Source: an uncultured delta proteobacterium (GTDB taxonomy: Bacteria > Myxococcota > Myxococcia > Myxococcales > Myxococcaceae). From it: a DNA stretch of 64,000 nucleotides. The stretch lies in contig CAVYSY010000032.1 in assembly GCA_963771175.1 (NCBI GenBank), forward strand, positions 320,001 through 384,000, given 5' to 3'. A program made the translations under genes and the position numbers. The notes under the pieces are model-generated. The model made no database searches. It was not told the DNA's origin and saw only the letters and a program-made list of their open reading frames with translations. Of this stretch, positions 23,367 through 35,184 are shown piece by piece (within the stretch, counting starts at the first letter, position 1; every line of letters starts with the position of its first letter).

Positions 23367-24006
23367 ATGAACCGTCTGTTCGCCCGGAAGAACCGTGGCT
23401 TCACGCTCATCGAGCTGATGATCGTGGTCGCCATCATCGGAATCCTCGCCGCCATCGCCATCCCGAACTTCATCAAGTTCCAGGCTCGCTCCAAGCAGGG
23501 TGAGGCCAAGGCCAACCTGAAGGCCTGGTTCACCACCCAGCGCGCGTTCCTCCAGGAGAAGGACCGCTACGAGTCCGACATCAAGATCGTCGGCTACGCC
23601 CCGGAGCGCGGCAACCGCTACGCCTACTGGTTCACCGGCACCCCGACCTTCGAGATGCGTGAGGCCGCCGGCATCACCTCCCTGACCTCCGCCACCGGCA
23701 TCACGGTGGACACCGGCAAGTTCAAGGGCTCCAAGACCGATCCCAACGTACGTGCCCGCCACCCTGACGTTCACCGCTGGTGGCGGTGACGACCCGGCGA
23801 ACCCGGGCCGCTCCGCGACCTGCCCGGGCTGCAACATCGACGCGTACGCCGCTGGCAACGTCGACAACGAGGCCACGGGCGTCGACACCTGGTACATCTC
23901 CACCAAGGACGCCACGGGCACCGCGAATTGCGGCAACGCCGACGAGGCCATGGCCGTCGCCGGTACCCCGTACCTGAACTACAACGACGTGGACTGCGAC
24001 AAGTAA
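23367..24006 (+). CDS. pilA: Major type IVa pilin (apparent +1 indel near 23746)
   Basis: Class III signal NRG|FTLIELMIVVAIIGILAAIAIPNF. The C-terminal half (CPGCNIDAYAAGNVDNE..DTWYIST..CGN..YNDVDC) is in ORF 23752-24006. Confidence 0.95.
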
Positions 24007-24061
24007 TATCAGTTGACGCTCGGCTACCGGACGGCCCCTCGGGTCGCTAGTGGTTGATGAA

Positions 24062-24102
24062 GAAAGGGCATCCGGGCATAACCCGGGTGCCTTTTCTGTT
24101 TT
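24062..24102 (+). terminator. Rho-independent terminator after pilA
   Basis: AAAGGGCATCCGGG-cataa-CCCGGGTGCCTTTT followed by CTGTTTT. Confidence 0.8.
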
Positions 24103-24113
24103 GGTGCCGCCCT

Positions 24114-25004
24114 ATGCTGTCGCGAACCTCCCTGCCCGCCCTCTTGGTTGGCCTCGTCAGTCTGCTCAGTCTCGCGCTGCTCGCGACTCCCCCCCGCAAA
24201 CCGCCCCGTGGCCCCCACCAGGAGCCCCTCCTGCCCCGGCAGGAGCTGCTGTACATGGCGGGGCGCGGCCACCTGCAACTGGTGGCGGACTACTTCTGGC
24301 TCCAGGTCATCCAGGCGACCGGCAGCGCGCGGAAGGCCGAGGAGTACCGCGACGTCTACGGCTACGCGGACCTCACCACGGACCTGGATCCGAAGTTCGC
24401 CTTCGTCTACCCGTTCGCCGCCGGGGTGCTGCCCACCAACCTCGGGCGCGAGACCTGGGTCAATACCGAGGAGTCCACCCGCCTCTTGCGCAAGGGCCTG
24501 CCGCTGTTCCCCAACAGCCTCGAGATGAACGTGCTGTTGGCCTACAACCTGAGCAGCTTCCACCAGCAGTACAAGGAGGCTGCCCAGGTGTTGGAGCATG
24601 CCTCGACGCTGCCGGGCGCCCCCTCCTACCTGCCCGCCCTGGCCACCCGCCTCTATGCCCAGTCGGGCGAAGTGGAAGCCGGCCTCGCGCTGGCGCAGTC
24701 CCTCGCCGACTCGGCGCAGGATCCGTCCACCCGGGAGACCTTCCTGCAGCGCATCCGCGAGCTGGAGCTGGAGGCGGAGCTGCGGCGCGTGGATGCCGCC
24801 ATTGGCGAGTACCGTCAGCAGTTCGGCGTGGCCCCGCCCGACATCCAGACGCTGCTCTGGCTGGGCTTCCTGATGGAGCCTCCGAATGACCCGCAGGGCG
24901 GCGGCTTCTACATCGGTCACGACGAGCGTGCCTACGCAGAGACGCAGAATCGACGTCTCGAAATCTTCACCCCGAATAGCCGGGGCTACCAATGGAAGCG
25001 GTAG
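24114..25004 (+). CDS. pilG: PilG-like accessory protein
   Basis: LVADYFWLQVIQ, TDLDPKF, TPR-like helices, PPNDPQGG; lies between pilA and the ABC genes. Confidence 0.75.
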   Translation: MLSRTSLPALLVGLVSLLSLALLATPPRKPPRGPHQEPLLPRQELLYMAGRGHLQLVADYFWLQVIQATGSARKAEEYRDVYGYADLTTDLDPKFAFVYPFAAGVLPTNLGRETWVNTEESTRLLRKGLPLFPNSLEMNVLLAYNLSSFHQQYKEAAQVLEHASTLPGAPSYLPALATRLYAQSGEVEAGLALAQSLADSAQDPSTRETFLQRIRELELEAELRRVDAAIGEYRQQFGVAPPDIQTLLWLGFLMEPPNDPQGGGFYIGHDERAYAETQNRRLEIFTPNSRGYQWKR

Positions 25005-25015
25005 GTGGAGCAGTG

Positions 25016-25984
25016 ATGGCCATGGATGAACCCTCTCCCATCGAGATCCGAAACCTCTCCAAGACGTACCGGCTCGGCTTCTTCATGAACCGGCAGGTCC
25101 GCGCCCTCCAGTCGCTGGACCTCTCCCTCATGCCGGGTCAGGTGTATGGCCTGCTGGGCCCCAACGGCGCCGGCAAGTCCACCACCATCAAGATCCTCAT
25201 GAACCTGGTGCAGCCCTCCGGGGGAGAGGCGCGGCTCTTCGGCCTGGCGCCGAACAACCGGGAAGCGCGCCGGCGCGTGGGCTACGTGCCGGAGAACCCG
25301 GCCCCCTACGAGTACCTCACCGGCCGCGAGTTCGTCACCCTGTCGGGACGGCTGACGGGGATGAGCGGCAAGGAGCTCGATGACCGGGTGTCCGAGGTGC
25401 TCGGCATGGTGCAGATGACGCGCGCCGCGAACCTGCAGATCCGCCGCTACAGCAAGGGCATGGTGCAGCGCGTGGCACTGGCGCAGGCGCTCGTCTCCAA
25501 GCCGGACCTGCTCATCCTGGACGAGCCCACCTCGGGATTGGACCCCGTGGGCCGCCGGCAGATCCGCGACCTCATCCTCGAGGAGCGCCAGCGAGGCACC
25601 ACCATCCTCTTCTGCACGCACATCATCCCGGACGTGGAGGCGCTCTGCGACCGCGTGGCGGTGCTGGTGGGCGGACGGCGCGTGCGCGAGGGCAGCGTGG
25701 CGGAGCTGGTGAGCTCGCAGGCGACCCACATGGAGCTGACGGTGGAAGGGATGCCGCTGGAGCGCATCCAGGCGCTGGGCATCGAGCTGGAGCAGGCCCG
25801 CACGCTGGAGAACCGGGTGCTCCTGCGCGTGAAGGACGTGGACGCACAGCCGCTGCTCAAGCGGACCCTGGAGCAGGGTGGACGGGTCACCCAGCTCCAG
25901 CCCGCCCGCTTCTCGTTGGAAGAACTCTTCCTGCGCGCGCTCGAGGAGGCGCGGCAGGGCCCCGTCGGAGGAGAGATTTCGTGA
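25016..25984 (+). CDS. pilH: ABC transporter ATPase PilH
   Basis: GPNGAGKST, YSKGMVQR signature, LILDEPTSGLDP. Confidence 0.88.
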   Translation: MAMDEPSPIEIRNLSKTYRLGFFMNRQVRALQSLDLSLMPGQVYGLLGPNGAGKSTTIKILMNLVQPSGGEARLFGLAPNNREARRRVGYVPENPAPYEYLTGREFVTLSGRLTGMSGKELDDRVSEVLGMVQMTRAANLQIRRYSKGMVQRVALAQALVSKPDLLILDEPTSGLDPVGRRQIRDLILEERQRGTTILFCTHIIPDVEALCDRVAVLVGGRRVREGSVAELVSSQATHMELTVEGMPLERIQALGIELEQARTLENRVLLRVKDVDAQPLLKRTLEQGGRVTQLQPARFSLEELFLRALEEARQGPVGGEIS

Positions 25985-26751
25985 TGGGACCGTTCGTCGC
26001 CCTGGCACTCAATGGTTTCAGGGAGGCCCGGCGCAACCGGGTCACCCTGCTGGTGGCCATCTTCGCGCTCGCCATGCTGCTCTCCACCACGCTCGTGCTG
26101 GAGGTCACGGTCAACACGTTCGACCGAGTCCTCACCGACGTGGGCCTGGGGGCCATGAGCCTGATGCTGGTGCTGCTCACCATCTTCCTCTCCAGCGGGC
26201 TCATCTCGCGGGAGATTGAAAGGCGCACCATCTTCCTCATGGTGTCCAAGCCCATCTCGCGCGGCACCTTCCTGGTGGGCCGGCTGCTGGGCAACATGCT
26301 CACCGTCACGGTGCTGCAGATCGCCATGGCCGCGCTCTTCTTCCTGCTGATGCGCTTCTACAACTCGCCCATCACCTCCGCGCACCTGGCGGCGATCGGG
26401 ATGCTGTGGTTCGAGCTGTGGGTGCTCAGCGGCGTGGGCTTCCTGATGTCCAGCTTCTCCAGCCAGATGGTGTCCGCCTTCGTCACCGTCAGCGTCTACT
26501 TCGCCGGACACCTGGCCTCGGACATCTACAAGCTGGCCGGCAAGTCCAAGAGCGACGCGGTGCAGGAGCTGGGCAAGTTCGTGTACTACCTGCTGCCGGA
26601 CCTGTCGAAGCTCAACTACCGTCCGCACGCGACGTACAACGCCGTCATCACCAGCACGGAGCTGCTGACGTCCGCCGCGTATGCCATGGCCTTCACCGGC
26701 GTGCTGGTGTCGCTGGCCGTCGTCCTCTTCAACCGCCGGGACTTCCGCTGA
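25981..26751 (+). CDS. pilI: ABC-2 type permease PilI
   Basis: Multi-TM protein, REIERRTIFLMVSKPISR motif, FNRRDF C-terminus; GTGA overlap with pilH. Confidence 0.88.
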   Translation: MMGPFVALALNGFREARRNRVTLLVAIFALAMLLSTTLVLEVTVNTFDRVLTDVGLGAMSLMLVLLTIFLSSGLISREIERRTIFLMVSKPISRGTFLVGRLLGNMLTVTVLQIAMAALFFLLMRFYNSPITSAHLAAIGMLWFELWVLSGVGFLMSSFSSQMVSAFVTVSVYFAGHLASDIYKLAGKSKSDAVQELGKFVYYLLPDLSKLNYRPHATYNAVITSTELLTSAAYAMAFTGVLVSLAVVLFNRRDFR

Positions 26752-26776
26752 GGCGCCCCGCGCGGGGCGGCGGGGC

Positions 26777-28180
26777 TCAGGGCTCGTCGTCCCGCTCGGA
26801 CAACCCGTGCTTGGCAAGACGGTAGCGGAAGGAGCGGAACGTCAGGCCGAGCAACTCCGCCGCCCGCGTCTTCACTCCGCTGGACTGCGCCAGGGCCGCC
26901 AGCAGGTAGCGCCGCTCGGCATCGTCCAGGTGGTGCTCCAGCGAGAAGCCCGGGCGTAAGGCCACCTCGCCTCCCGAGGGCTGGGCCGCGGCGGCAGCAA
27001 CCGGCTCTCCCCGAAGCGAGGGAGGCAGCGAGCCCAGCGTCAGCACGTCCCCGTCCGCCAGGGTCGCCGCGCGCTCGACGATGTTCTCCAACTGGCGCAC
27101 GTTGCCGGGGAAGGCATAGGCGGACAGCACGGCCAGCGCCTCCGGTGAGAAGCGCAACCCGGGCCGCCCCAGTTCCTTGCGCTGCCGCTCGAGGAAGTGC
27201 TCGGCCAGCAGGGGAATGTCCCCCGCGCGCTCGCGCAGCGGCGGCAGCTCCAAGGTAATCACGTTGAGGCGGTAGAAGAGATCCTCCCGGAAGCGCCCCG
27301 CCTTCACCTCGGCCTCGAGGCGCCGGTTGGTCGCCGCCACCACGCGCGCATGGAAGGGCACCTCCGCCGAGCTGCCCACCGGCTTCACCTTCCGCTCCTG
27401 CAGCACGCGCAGCAGCTTCACCTGGGTGGCCGGCGGCACCTCGCCAATCTCGTCGAGGAAGACCGTCCCCTCCCCCGCATGCGCGAGCAGGCCCGGCCGC
27501 TCGTGCGTGGCGCCGGTGAAGGCTCCCTTCACGTGGCCGAAGAGCTCGCTCTCCAGCACGCCCTCGTTGAGGGCCGCGCAGTTGACGGGGAGGAAGGGAT
27601 GGCCGGCGCGCGGGCTCTTGAGGTGGATGGCCTTGGCGATCAGCTCCTTGCCCGTGCCGCTCTCCCCATGGATGAGAACGGTGGAGCGCGTGGGCGCGAC
27701 CTTCTCCACCAGGCTCCACACCGCGCGCATCCGCTCGCTACGCCCCACGCCCACGATGCCCGTCCCGGGCACCAGGTGCTCGCGCAGCGAGACGTTCTCC
27801 CGGCGCAGCATGCGCTTCTCCAGCGCCTTCTGCGCCAGCAGCTTCAGCTCCTCGTTGTCGAAGGGCTTGCCGATGTAGTCGTACGCCCCCTCGCGCATCG
27901 CCTCCACCGCCGAGGCCGCCGTGCCGAAGGCGGTGATGACGATGACCTCGGGTGGGTCCGCCAGCGCCCGCGCGGCGCGCAGCACGTCCATGCCGCTCTG
28001 CGAGGGGCCCAGCTTCATGTCGGTGACGACCAGGTCCACCGCCGTCGACGAGCCCAGCACCTCCTTGGCCGCCTTCACACCCTCCGCGCACGTCACCTGG
28101 TAGCCCGCACGGGTGAGCAGCACCTCCAGGAACTCGCGCATCGACAGCTCGTCATCCACTACCAGCACGTGCACGGCCAC
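26777..28180 (-). CDS. pilR: Sigma54-dependent response regulator PilR
   Basis: REC domain, [29 protein letters not shown]. Confidence 0.92.
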   Translation of the reverse strand: MAVHVLVVDDELSMREFLEVLLTRAGYQVTCAEGVKAAKEVLGSSTAVDLVVTDMKLGPSQSGMDVLRAARALADPPEVIVITAFGTAASAVEAMREGAYDYIGKPFDNEELKLLAQKALEKRMLRRENVSLREHLVPGTGIVGVGRSERMRAVWSLVEKVAPTRSTVLIHGESGTGKELIAKAIHLKSPRAGHPFLPVNCAALNEGVLESELFGHVKGAFTGATHERPGLLAHAGEGTVFLDEIGEVPPATQVKLLRVLQERKVKPVGSSAEVPFHARVVAATNRRLEAEVKAGRFREDLFYRLNVITLELPPLRERAGDIPLLAEHFLERQRKELGRPGLRFSPEALAVLSAYAFPGNVRQLENIVERAATLADGDVLTLGSLPPSLRGEPVAAAAAQPSGGEVALRPGFSLEHHLDDAERRYLLAALAQSSGVKTRAAELLGLTFRSFRYRLAKHGLSERDDEP

Positions 28181-28194
28181 GCTCTCCCTTCGCC

Positions 28195-29805
28195 TCAACC
28201 CCGCAGTGGCAGCTGGATGAGGAACTCGGTGCCCTCTTGCGGTGAGGAGCGTACGCGGATGTTGCCACCGTGCGCACGCACGATGGAGTACGCCGTGGAC
28301 AATCCCAGCCCGGTGCCGCCCTCCCGGGTGCTGAAGAAGGGCTCGAAGATGCGCGACAGGTCCGCCACGGGAATGCTGCCCGCCGAATCCCAGATGCGCA
28401 GCAGGGCCGACTCCGCCGCGACATCCAGCGTCACGCGCACCCGCCCGCCCCGGCCCGCGGCCTGGAAGGCGTTGCGCAGGATGTTGATGAGCACCTGCCG
28501 GAGCTGATCCGGATCCACCGGCATGCGCACGGGCGCCAGGACCATCTCCACCTGGATTTCCTGGGCGATGGGGTCCACCCGCAACATGTCCACCGTCTCC
28601 GCCACCAGCACCTCCAGCTCCAGCTCCCGCCGGGACGGCGGTGGCGGGCGGGCGAAGCGCAGGAAGTCGTCCACCAGCTTGGAGAGCCGGTCCGATTCCC
28701 GCAGGAGGATCTCCACCAGCTTGGCCGAGGTCGGGTCCGTCGTCCCGGGCTCCTGCAGGAGGAGCTGCGCCGAGCCGCGCATGGCGGCCAGGGGGTTGCG
28801 GATCTCATGCGCGAGCTGAGCGGATAGCGTCCCCAGGGCCGCCAGCCGATCCGCGCGCTTCAGGTCCTCCTCGATGCGGCGCAGCTCGGTGAGATCCTGG
28901 AAGACAATGAGCGTGCCCCCGTCCCCCGGCTCATCCAGCCCCGTCACCGTCAGCCCCAGCGTGCGCGTGCCGGCTGGCGTCTGCACCGTCAGCTCCCTGC
29001 GGCGCAGGCGGGCGTCCGACCCCAGCGCCCCAGGCAGCACCGACTCCACGAGGGTGCCCGGCGACAGCCGCGGCTCCAGCGCCAGGATGGAGGAAGCGGC
29101 CCGGTTGACGAAGGTGACGACGCCCGCCGCGTCACTGGTGATGAGCCCCGAGGGCATGCAGGCGAGGATCTGCCGCTGCAGGGTGTCCAGCTTCTGGAGG
29201 TCCGCCTCACGCTCCGAGAGCTGGCCACCAGCGGCCGAGAGCTGGCGCGACAGGTAGCCCGCCAGCACGGCCATGAGGAAGAAAGCCAGCAGGTTGCTGA
29301 TCAGCAGGAAGAGGATCCGCTGCCGGCTGAGCGGAGCGATGCTCAGGGGCGGCTCCATCCAGCCGTACTTCACCGCCAGCAGCAGCAGCGTATAGGCGAT
29401 CGCCCCGGCGCCCGCGGCCACGAGCGCGCCCCGACCATCCAGCAGGATGCTCGCGCCGATGACGGCCAGCAGGTAGGTGAAGGTGAAGGGGCTGTCTCCG
29501 ACACCCGTCAGGAAGACGAGCATCGAGGCGACGATCAGGTCTCCCGCGACCTGCACCACCGCCGCCATCCGGTCCACCCCGCGGCCCCCGCGAAGCATGA
29601 GGCCGTAGACCAGGGTGAAGACGTACACGATCCCGATGACCGCGAAGGACAACATGTCCGCGCGGCTGGGCTCTTCGACGGGCTGGAGGAACAGCCGCGC
29701 GGCGACGGCCACCAGGGAGAGGCTGGTGGCCACCGTGCGGAACACGGTGAGCCAGACCAGCCGGGTGCGGAGCCTGTCCGCCTCCGGCCGGCCGGCGAGG
29801 ACCAA
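28195..29805 (-). CDS. pilS: Sensor histidine kinase PilS
   Basis: Multi-TM N-terminus (TGVGDSPFTF), PAS domain, LAHEIRNPL, FEPFFST..GTGLGL. Confidence 0.9.
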   Translation of the reverse strand: MVLAGRPEADRLRTRLVWLTVFRTVATSLSLVAVAARLFLQPVEEPSRADMLSFAVIGIVYVFTLVYGLMLRGGRGVDRMAAVVQVAGDLIVASMLVFLTGVGDSPFTFTYLLAVIGASILLDGRGALVAAGAGAIAYTLLLLAVKYGWMEPPLSIAPLSRQRILFLLISNLLAFFLMAVLAGYLSRQLSAAGGQLSEREADLQKLDTLQRQILACMPSGLITSDAAGVVTFVNRAASSILALEPRLSPGTLVESVLPGALGSDARLRRRELTVQTPAGTRTLGLTVTGLDEPGDGGTLIVFQDLTELRRIEEDLKRADRLAALGTLSAQLAHEIRNPLAAMRGSAQLLLQEPGTTDPTSAKLVEILLRESDRLSKLVDDFLRFARPPPPSRRELELEVLVAETVDMLRVDPIAQEIQVEMVLAPVRMPVDPDQLRQVLINILRNAFQAAGRGGRVRVTLDVAAESALLRIWDSAGSIPVADLSRIFEPFFSTREGGTGLGLSTAYSIVRAHGGNIRVRSSPQEGTEFLIQLPLRG

Positions 29806-29815
29806 TCCGCCGACG

Positions 29816-31072
29816 CTACTTGACGGCACCGGCGATGGCGAAGATGGGCAGGTACATCGAGATGAGGAAGCCACCGACCACGCCGCCGAGGAACACCATC
29901 ATCAGCGGTTCGATCATCGCCGTCATGCCCGCGACCGCCGTGTCCACCTCGTCGTCGTAGAAGTCGGCGATCTTGTTGAGCATCGTGTCCATGGCGCCGG
30001 TGGCCTCGCCCACGCCGATCATCTGCACCACCATGGGCGGGAACACCTTCGTCTCCAGCAGCGGGCCGGCGATGTTCTTGCCCTCGGCGATCTTCCCACG
30101 CACGTAGTAGATGGCCTCTTCCACCGAGCGATTACCGGCCGTCTTCGCGGTGACGTCCAGCGCGTCCAGGATGGGCACGCCCGAGGAGATCATCGTGCCG
30201 AGCGTACGGGTGAAGCGCGCCACCGCGACCTTGCGGATGACGGGCCCGATGATCGGTGCCATCAGGAACACCTTGTCCAGGAAGCGTCGTCCCTGGGGGT
30301 TGCGGTACGTGTACGTGAAGGCCATCACGATCGCCGCGATGATGCCCAGGGCGTGCAGGATGTAGTTCTGCAACCACTCGGACAGGTCCACCACGAACTG
30401 GGTGGGCCCGGGCAGCGCCTGACCGAAGTCCGAGAACATCTTCGCGAACGTCGGCGTCACCTTGAGGAGCAGCAGCGCCGTCACGCCGACGGCCACCAGC
30501 AACACGATGACCGGGTAGGTCATCGCGCCCTTGACCTTGCGCTTGAGCTTCTCGTTCTTCTCGCGGTAGGCCGCGAGCCGGTTGAGGATGTTGTCGAGAA
30601 TACCGCCGACCTCACCCGCCGCGCACAGCTGCACGAAGAGCTCGTCGAAGACCTTGGGGTGGTCTCCCAGCGCGTCCGCGAAGGTGGAGCCCTGCTCCAC
30701 CTTGCTCTTGATGGCGAACACGACCTTGCGGAAGGCCGGGTTGTCCATCTGGCTGCCGAGGATGTCGAGGCACTGCACCAGCGGCAGACCCGCGTCGATC
30801 ATCGTCGCGAACTGACGGGTGAAGACGAGGATGTCCTTGCCCGTGACGGCCGAGCCGAAGCTGATGTTGAGGTCCGCGTCGAGCAGACCCTTGCGCCGGA
30901 CCTTGACCGGGTTGAGGCCCAGCGACTTGAGGCGGGCGTTGACGGCCTCGATATCCGAGGCCTCCATCTCCCCCTTCTTCGTCTCGCCAGACTTGGTCTT
31001 GGCCTCCCAGAGGAACTGGGCGGTGTTCTTCTGTTTGGATGGTGCGGATTTCTGGGTCGCCGTTGCCGCCAT
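29816..31072 (-). CDS. pilC: Inner-membrane platform protein PilC
   Basis: FTRQFATMIDAGLPL, AGEVGGILD, GEATGAMD, MYLPIF. Confidence 0.97.
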   Translation of the reverse strand: MAATATQKSAPSKQKNTAQFLWEAKTKSGETKKGEMEASDIEAVNARLKSLGLNPVKVRRKGLLDADLNISFGSAVTGKDILVFTRQFATMIDAGLPLVQCLDILGSQMDNPAFRKVVFAIKSKVEQGSTFADALGDHPKVFDELFVQLCAAGEVGGILDNILNRLAAYREKNEKLKRKVKGAMTYPVIVLLVAVGVTALLLLKVTPTFAKMFSDFGQALPGPTQFVVDLSEWLQNYILHALGIIAAIVMAFTYTYRNPQGRRFLDKVFLMAPIIGPVIRKVAVARFTRTLGTMISSGVPILDALDVTAKTAGNRSVEEAIYYVRGKIAEGKNIAGPLLETKVFPPMVVQMIGVGEATGAMDTMLNKIADFYDDEVDTAVAGMTAMIEPLMMVFLGGVVGGFLISMYLPIFAIAGAVK

Positions 31073-31124
31073 ACAGCCCTCCGAAGGGGTGCGCGAGTCT
31101 ACTCCCGCGCTCTAATTTCGCGAA

Positions 31125-32228
31125 TTAGCGACCGGCAGGACCGGCCGGCCGCTGTCCAGGCACGCCACCGGCGCCGGACAGAAGGTTGCGCAGCTCCTCG
31201 GGGTCGCTCGAGCGGCCAAAGGCCTCGTCCTGGGTGATGATCCGCCGCGCCAGCAGCGCCGCCAGGGCCTGATTGAAGGTCTGCATGCCGTACTTCGCCT
31301 GGCCCACCTGCATCGACGAGTACACCTGGTGGACCTTGTCCTCACGGATGAGGTTGCGGATGGCGGGGTTGGGTATCATCACCTCCAGGGCCAGCACGCG
31401 GCCCGGAGAGCCCGCCTTGGCGATGAGCGCCTGGCTCATCACGCCCTCGAGCACGAACGAGAGCTGCGCGCGCACCTGCGGCTGCTGGTACGGCGGGAAC
31501 ACGTCCAGCACGCGGTTGATGGTCTGCACCGCGCTGTTGGTGTGCAGCGTGGCGTAGCAGGTGTGGCCCGTCTCGGCGATCACCAGCGCCGCCTCGATGG
31601 TCTCCAGGTCGCGCAACTCGCCCACCAGCACCACGTCCGGGTCCTGACGGAGGATGTACTTGAGCGCCGTCTTGAAGTTGCGCGTGTCCGCCCCCACCTC
31701 GCGCTGGTTCACCAGGCAGTTCTTGTGCGGGTGCAGGTACTCGATGGGATCCTCGATCGTCATGATGTGCTCGTGACGGTCGGTGTTGATCTTGTCGATC
31801 ATCGAGGCCAGCGTGGTGGACTTGCCCGAGCCCGTGGGACCCGTCACCAGGATGAGGCCACGCGGCTTCTTCACCAGCTCGGCCACCACGGGGGGCAGGC
31901 CGAGCTCCTGGAAGGTGAGGATCTTGAAGGGAATGGTCCGGAACGCGCCGGCCACCGCGCCACGCTGCATGTAGATGTTGGCGCGGAAGCGGGACAGCCC
32001 CTTCACGCCGAAGGACAGGTCGAGCTCGTTCTCCTCCTCGAACTTGTGCTTCTGGGCGTCCGTGAGGATGGAGTAGCAGAGCTGCTTGGTCTCCACCGGG
32101 GTGAGCTGGGCCGTCTTGAGCGGCACCAGCTCGCCGTCCACGCGGAGCTGGGGCGGGGAGCCGGTGGTGATGTGGAGGTCGGAAGCGCCCTTCTCGACCA
32201 TCGCCTTGAGCAGCTGGTGCAGATTCAC
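31125..32228 (-). CDS. pilT: Retraction ATPase PilT
   Basis: GPTGSGKSTT, TIEDPIE, LRQDPD, AIRNLIRE motif; GTG start at 32228. Confidence 0.97.
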   Translation of the reverse strand: MNLHQLLKAMVEKGASDLHITTGSPPQLRVDGELVPLKTAQLTPVETKQLCYSILTDAQKHKFEEENELDLSFGVKGLSRFRANIYMQRGAVAGAFRTIPFKILTFQELGLPPVVAELVKKPRGLILVTGPTGSGKSTTLASMIDKINTDRHEHIMTIEDPIEYLHPHKNCLVNQREVGADTRNFKTALKYILRQDPDVVLVGELRDLETIEAALVIAETGHTCYATLHTNSAVQTINRVLDVFPPYQQPQVRAQLSFVLEGVMSQALIAKAGSPGRVLALEVMIPNPAIRNLIREDKVHQVYSSMQVGQAKYGMQTFNQALAALLARRIITQDEAFGRSSDPEELRNLLSGAGGVPGQRPAGPAGR

Positions 32229-32272
32229 GAAAACCGTCCTTCGGGTAGGTGGGGGATGCCGGGGGAGTGGGG

Positions 32273-33976
<1,704 letters not shown>

Positions 33977-34082
33977 TTTCAGAGGCCTCGAGCGTTGAAA
34001 AGGCTGAACGGCGCCCACCGCGTGACGACGCGAGAGGACACCACAAAAGATGCGCGAACGTACGAGCGCATGAGATGCTCGG

Positions 34083-34112
34083 ATTAAAGGAAGCGACACA
34101 CAACCCTGTCAA
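34083..34112 (-). promoter_or_regulatory. Sigma70-type promoter of the pilB operon
   Basis: Minus strand TTGACA-N18-TTTAAT about 105 bp upstream of the pilB ATG. Confidence 0.65.
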
Positions 34113-34166
34113 GGCACCGTGTGGGGCCCGCTCTCCCGGCAACCCGTTGAATCCACTCGGAAAATT

Positions 34167-35093
34167 TCAGTCGGACGCCCGGGCGATCACCGTGCGAGCA
34201 GCCTCGACGTCCCTCTTGATCTGCCCCACGAGCTCCGCCACGGAGCCAAAACGGCGCTCGGCGCGCAGCCGCTCCAGGAACTGCACCCGCAGCTCCTTGC
34301 CGTAGAGATCACCACTGAAGTCCAGCAGGTGGGCCTCGATGGTGACCTCGTTCACCCCGAAGGTGGGTTTGACACCGATGTTGGCCACTCCGGGGTGCCA
34401 GGTCGCCCCGGACTCCCCCCCGAAGCGGACGCGGATGGCGTACACGCCGGCGGCGGGCCGCAGCTCGTTCTGGGTGTCCACGTTGGCGGTGGGAATGCCG
34501 ATGCTCCGGCCCCGACCCTGGCCGGTGACGACGGTGCCGTCCAGATCGAAAGGCCGCCCCAGCAACCGCTGCGCGGCACTCACCCGGCCCTCGAGGATGT
34601 ACTCGCGCACCTTGGAGGAGGAGGCCACCACGCCGTCGACGGTGACAGGGGGCACCACGTGCACCTGGGCCCCTCGGGCGGCGGCGGCCTCGCGCAGGGT
34701 GTCGGCGGTGCCGGCACGCGCGGCGCCGTAGGTGAAGTCGTAGCCCACCACGATGTGGCGCGCGCCCAGCACGTCCAGCAGCGAGGCCTCGAAGTCGCGC
34801 GGCGAGTGGCGGGCGTACTCCAGCGTGAAGGGCTGCACCACGGCCGCGTCCAGGCCGCAGTCCTCGAAGAGCTCCAGCTTGCGCGGCAGCAAGGTGATCA
34901 GCTTGGGGGCCAGCTCCGGCTGGAGCACCTTGCCCGGGTGGGGCTGGAAGGTGAGCGCGGCGGCGGGAGGGCCGTGGCGCCGGGCCTCGGCGAAGAGGGC
35001 CTGGTGACCCAGGTGGACACCATCGAAGTTGCCCAGCGCGAGCGCACAGCCGGCCAGCTCCCGCGCTTCCGTGACTCCATGGAAGACCTTCAT
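34167..35093 (-). CDS. ribF: Bifunctional riboflavin kinase/FAD synthetase
   Basis: GNFDGVHLGHQ, VVGYDF, SSSKVR, GIPTAN, NIGVKPT, EAHLLDF. Confidence 0.96.
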   Translation of the reverse strand: MKVFHGVTEARELAGCALALGNFDGVHLGHQALFAEARRHGPPAAALTFQPHPGKVLQPELAPKLITLLPRKLELFEDCGLDAAVVQPFTLEYARHSPRDFEASLLDVLGARHIVVGYDFTYGAARAGTADTLREAAAARGAQVHVVPPVTVDGVVASSSKVREYILEGRVSAAQRLLGRPFDLDGTVVTGQGRGRSIGIPTANVDTQNELRPAAGVYAIRVRFGGESGATWHPGVANIGVKPTFGVNEVTIEAHLLDFSGDLYGKELRVQFLERLRAERRFGSVAELVGQIKRDVEAARTVIARASD

Positions 35094-35184
35094 GGGGCGC
35101 CGGTATAGCGCCAAAACCATCGCTTTGCCCTGGCCAGACCGCCCCGGCCCGTGAGAAGAGGCGCTCCAGCGTCACCCATCCGTC

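Noticed and set aside
23119..26776. Recombinase-driven invertible pilin switch
   Set aside because: No matching inverted repeats at the two junctions and no invertase in the window. The promoter inverts together with the genes, so flipping would not switch pilA off.
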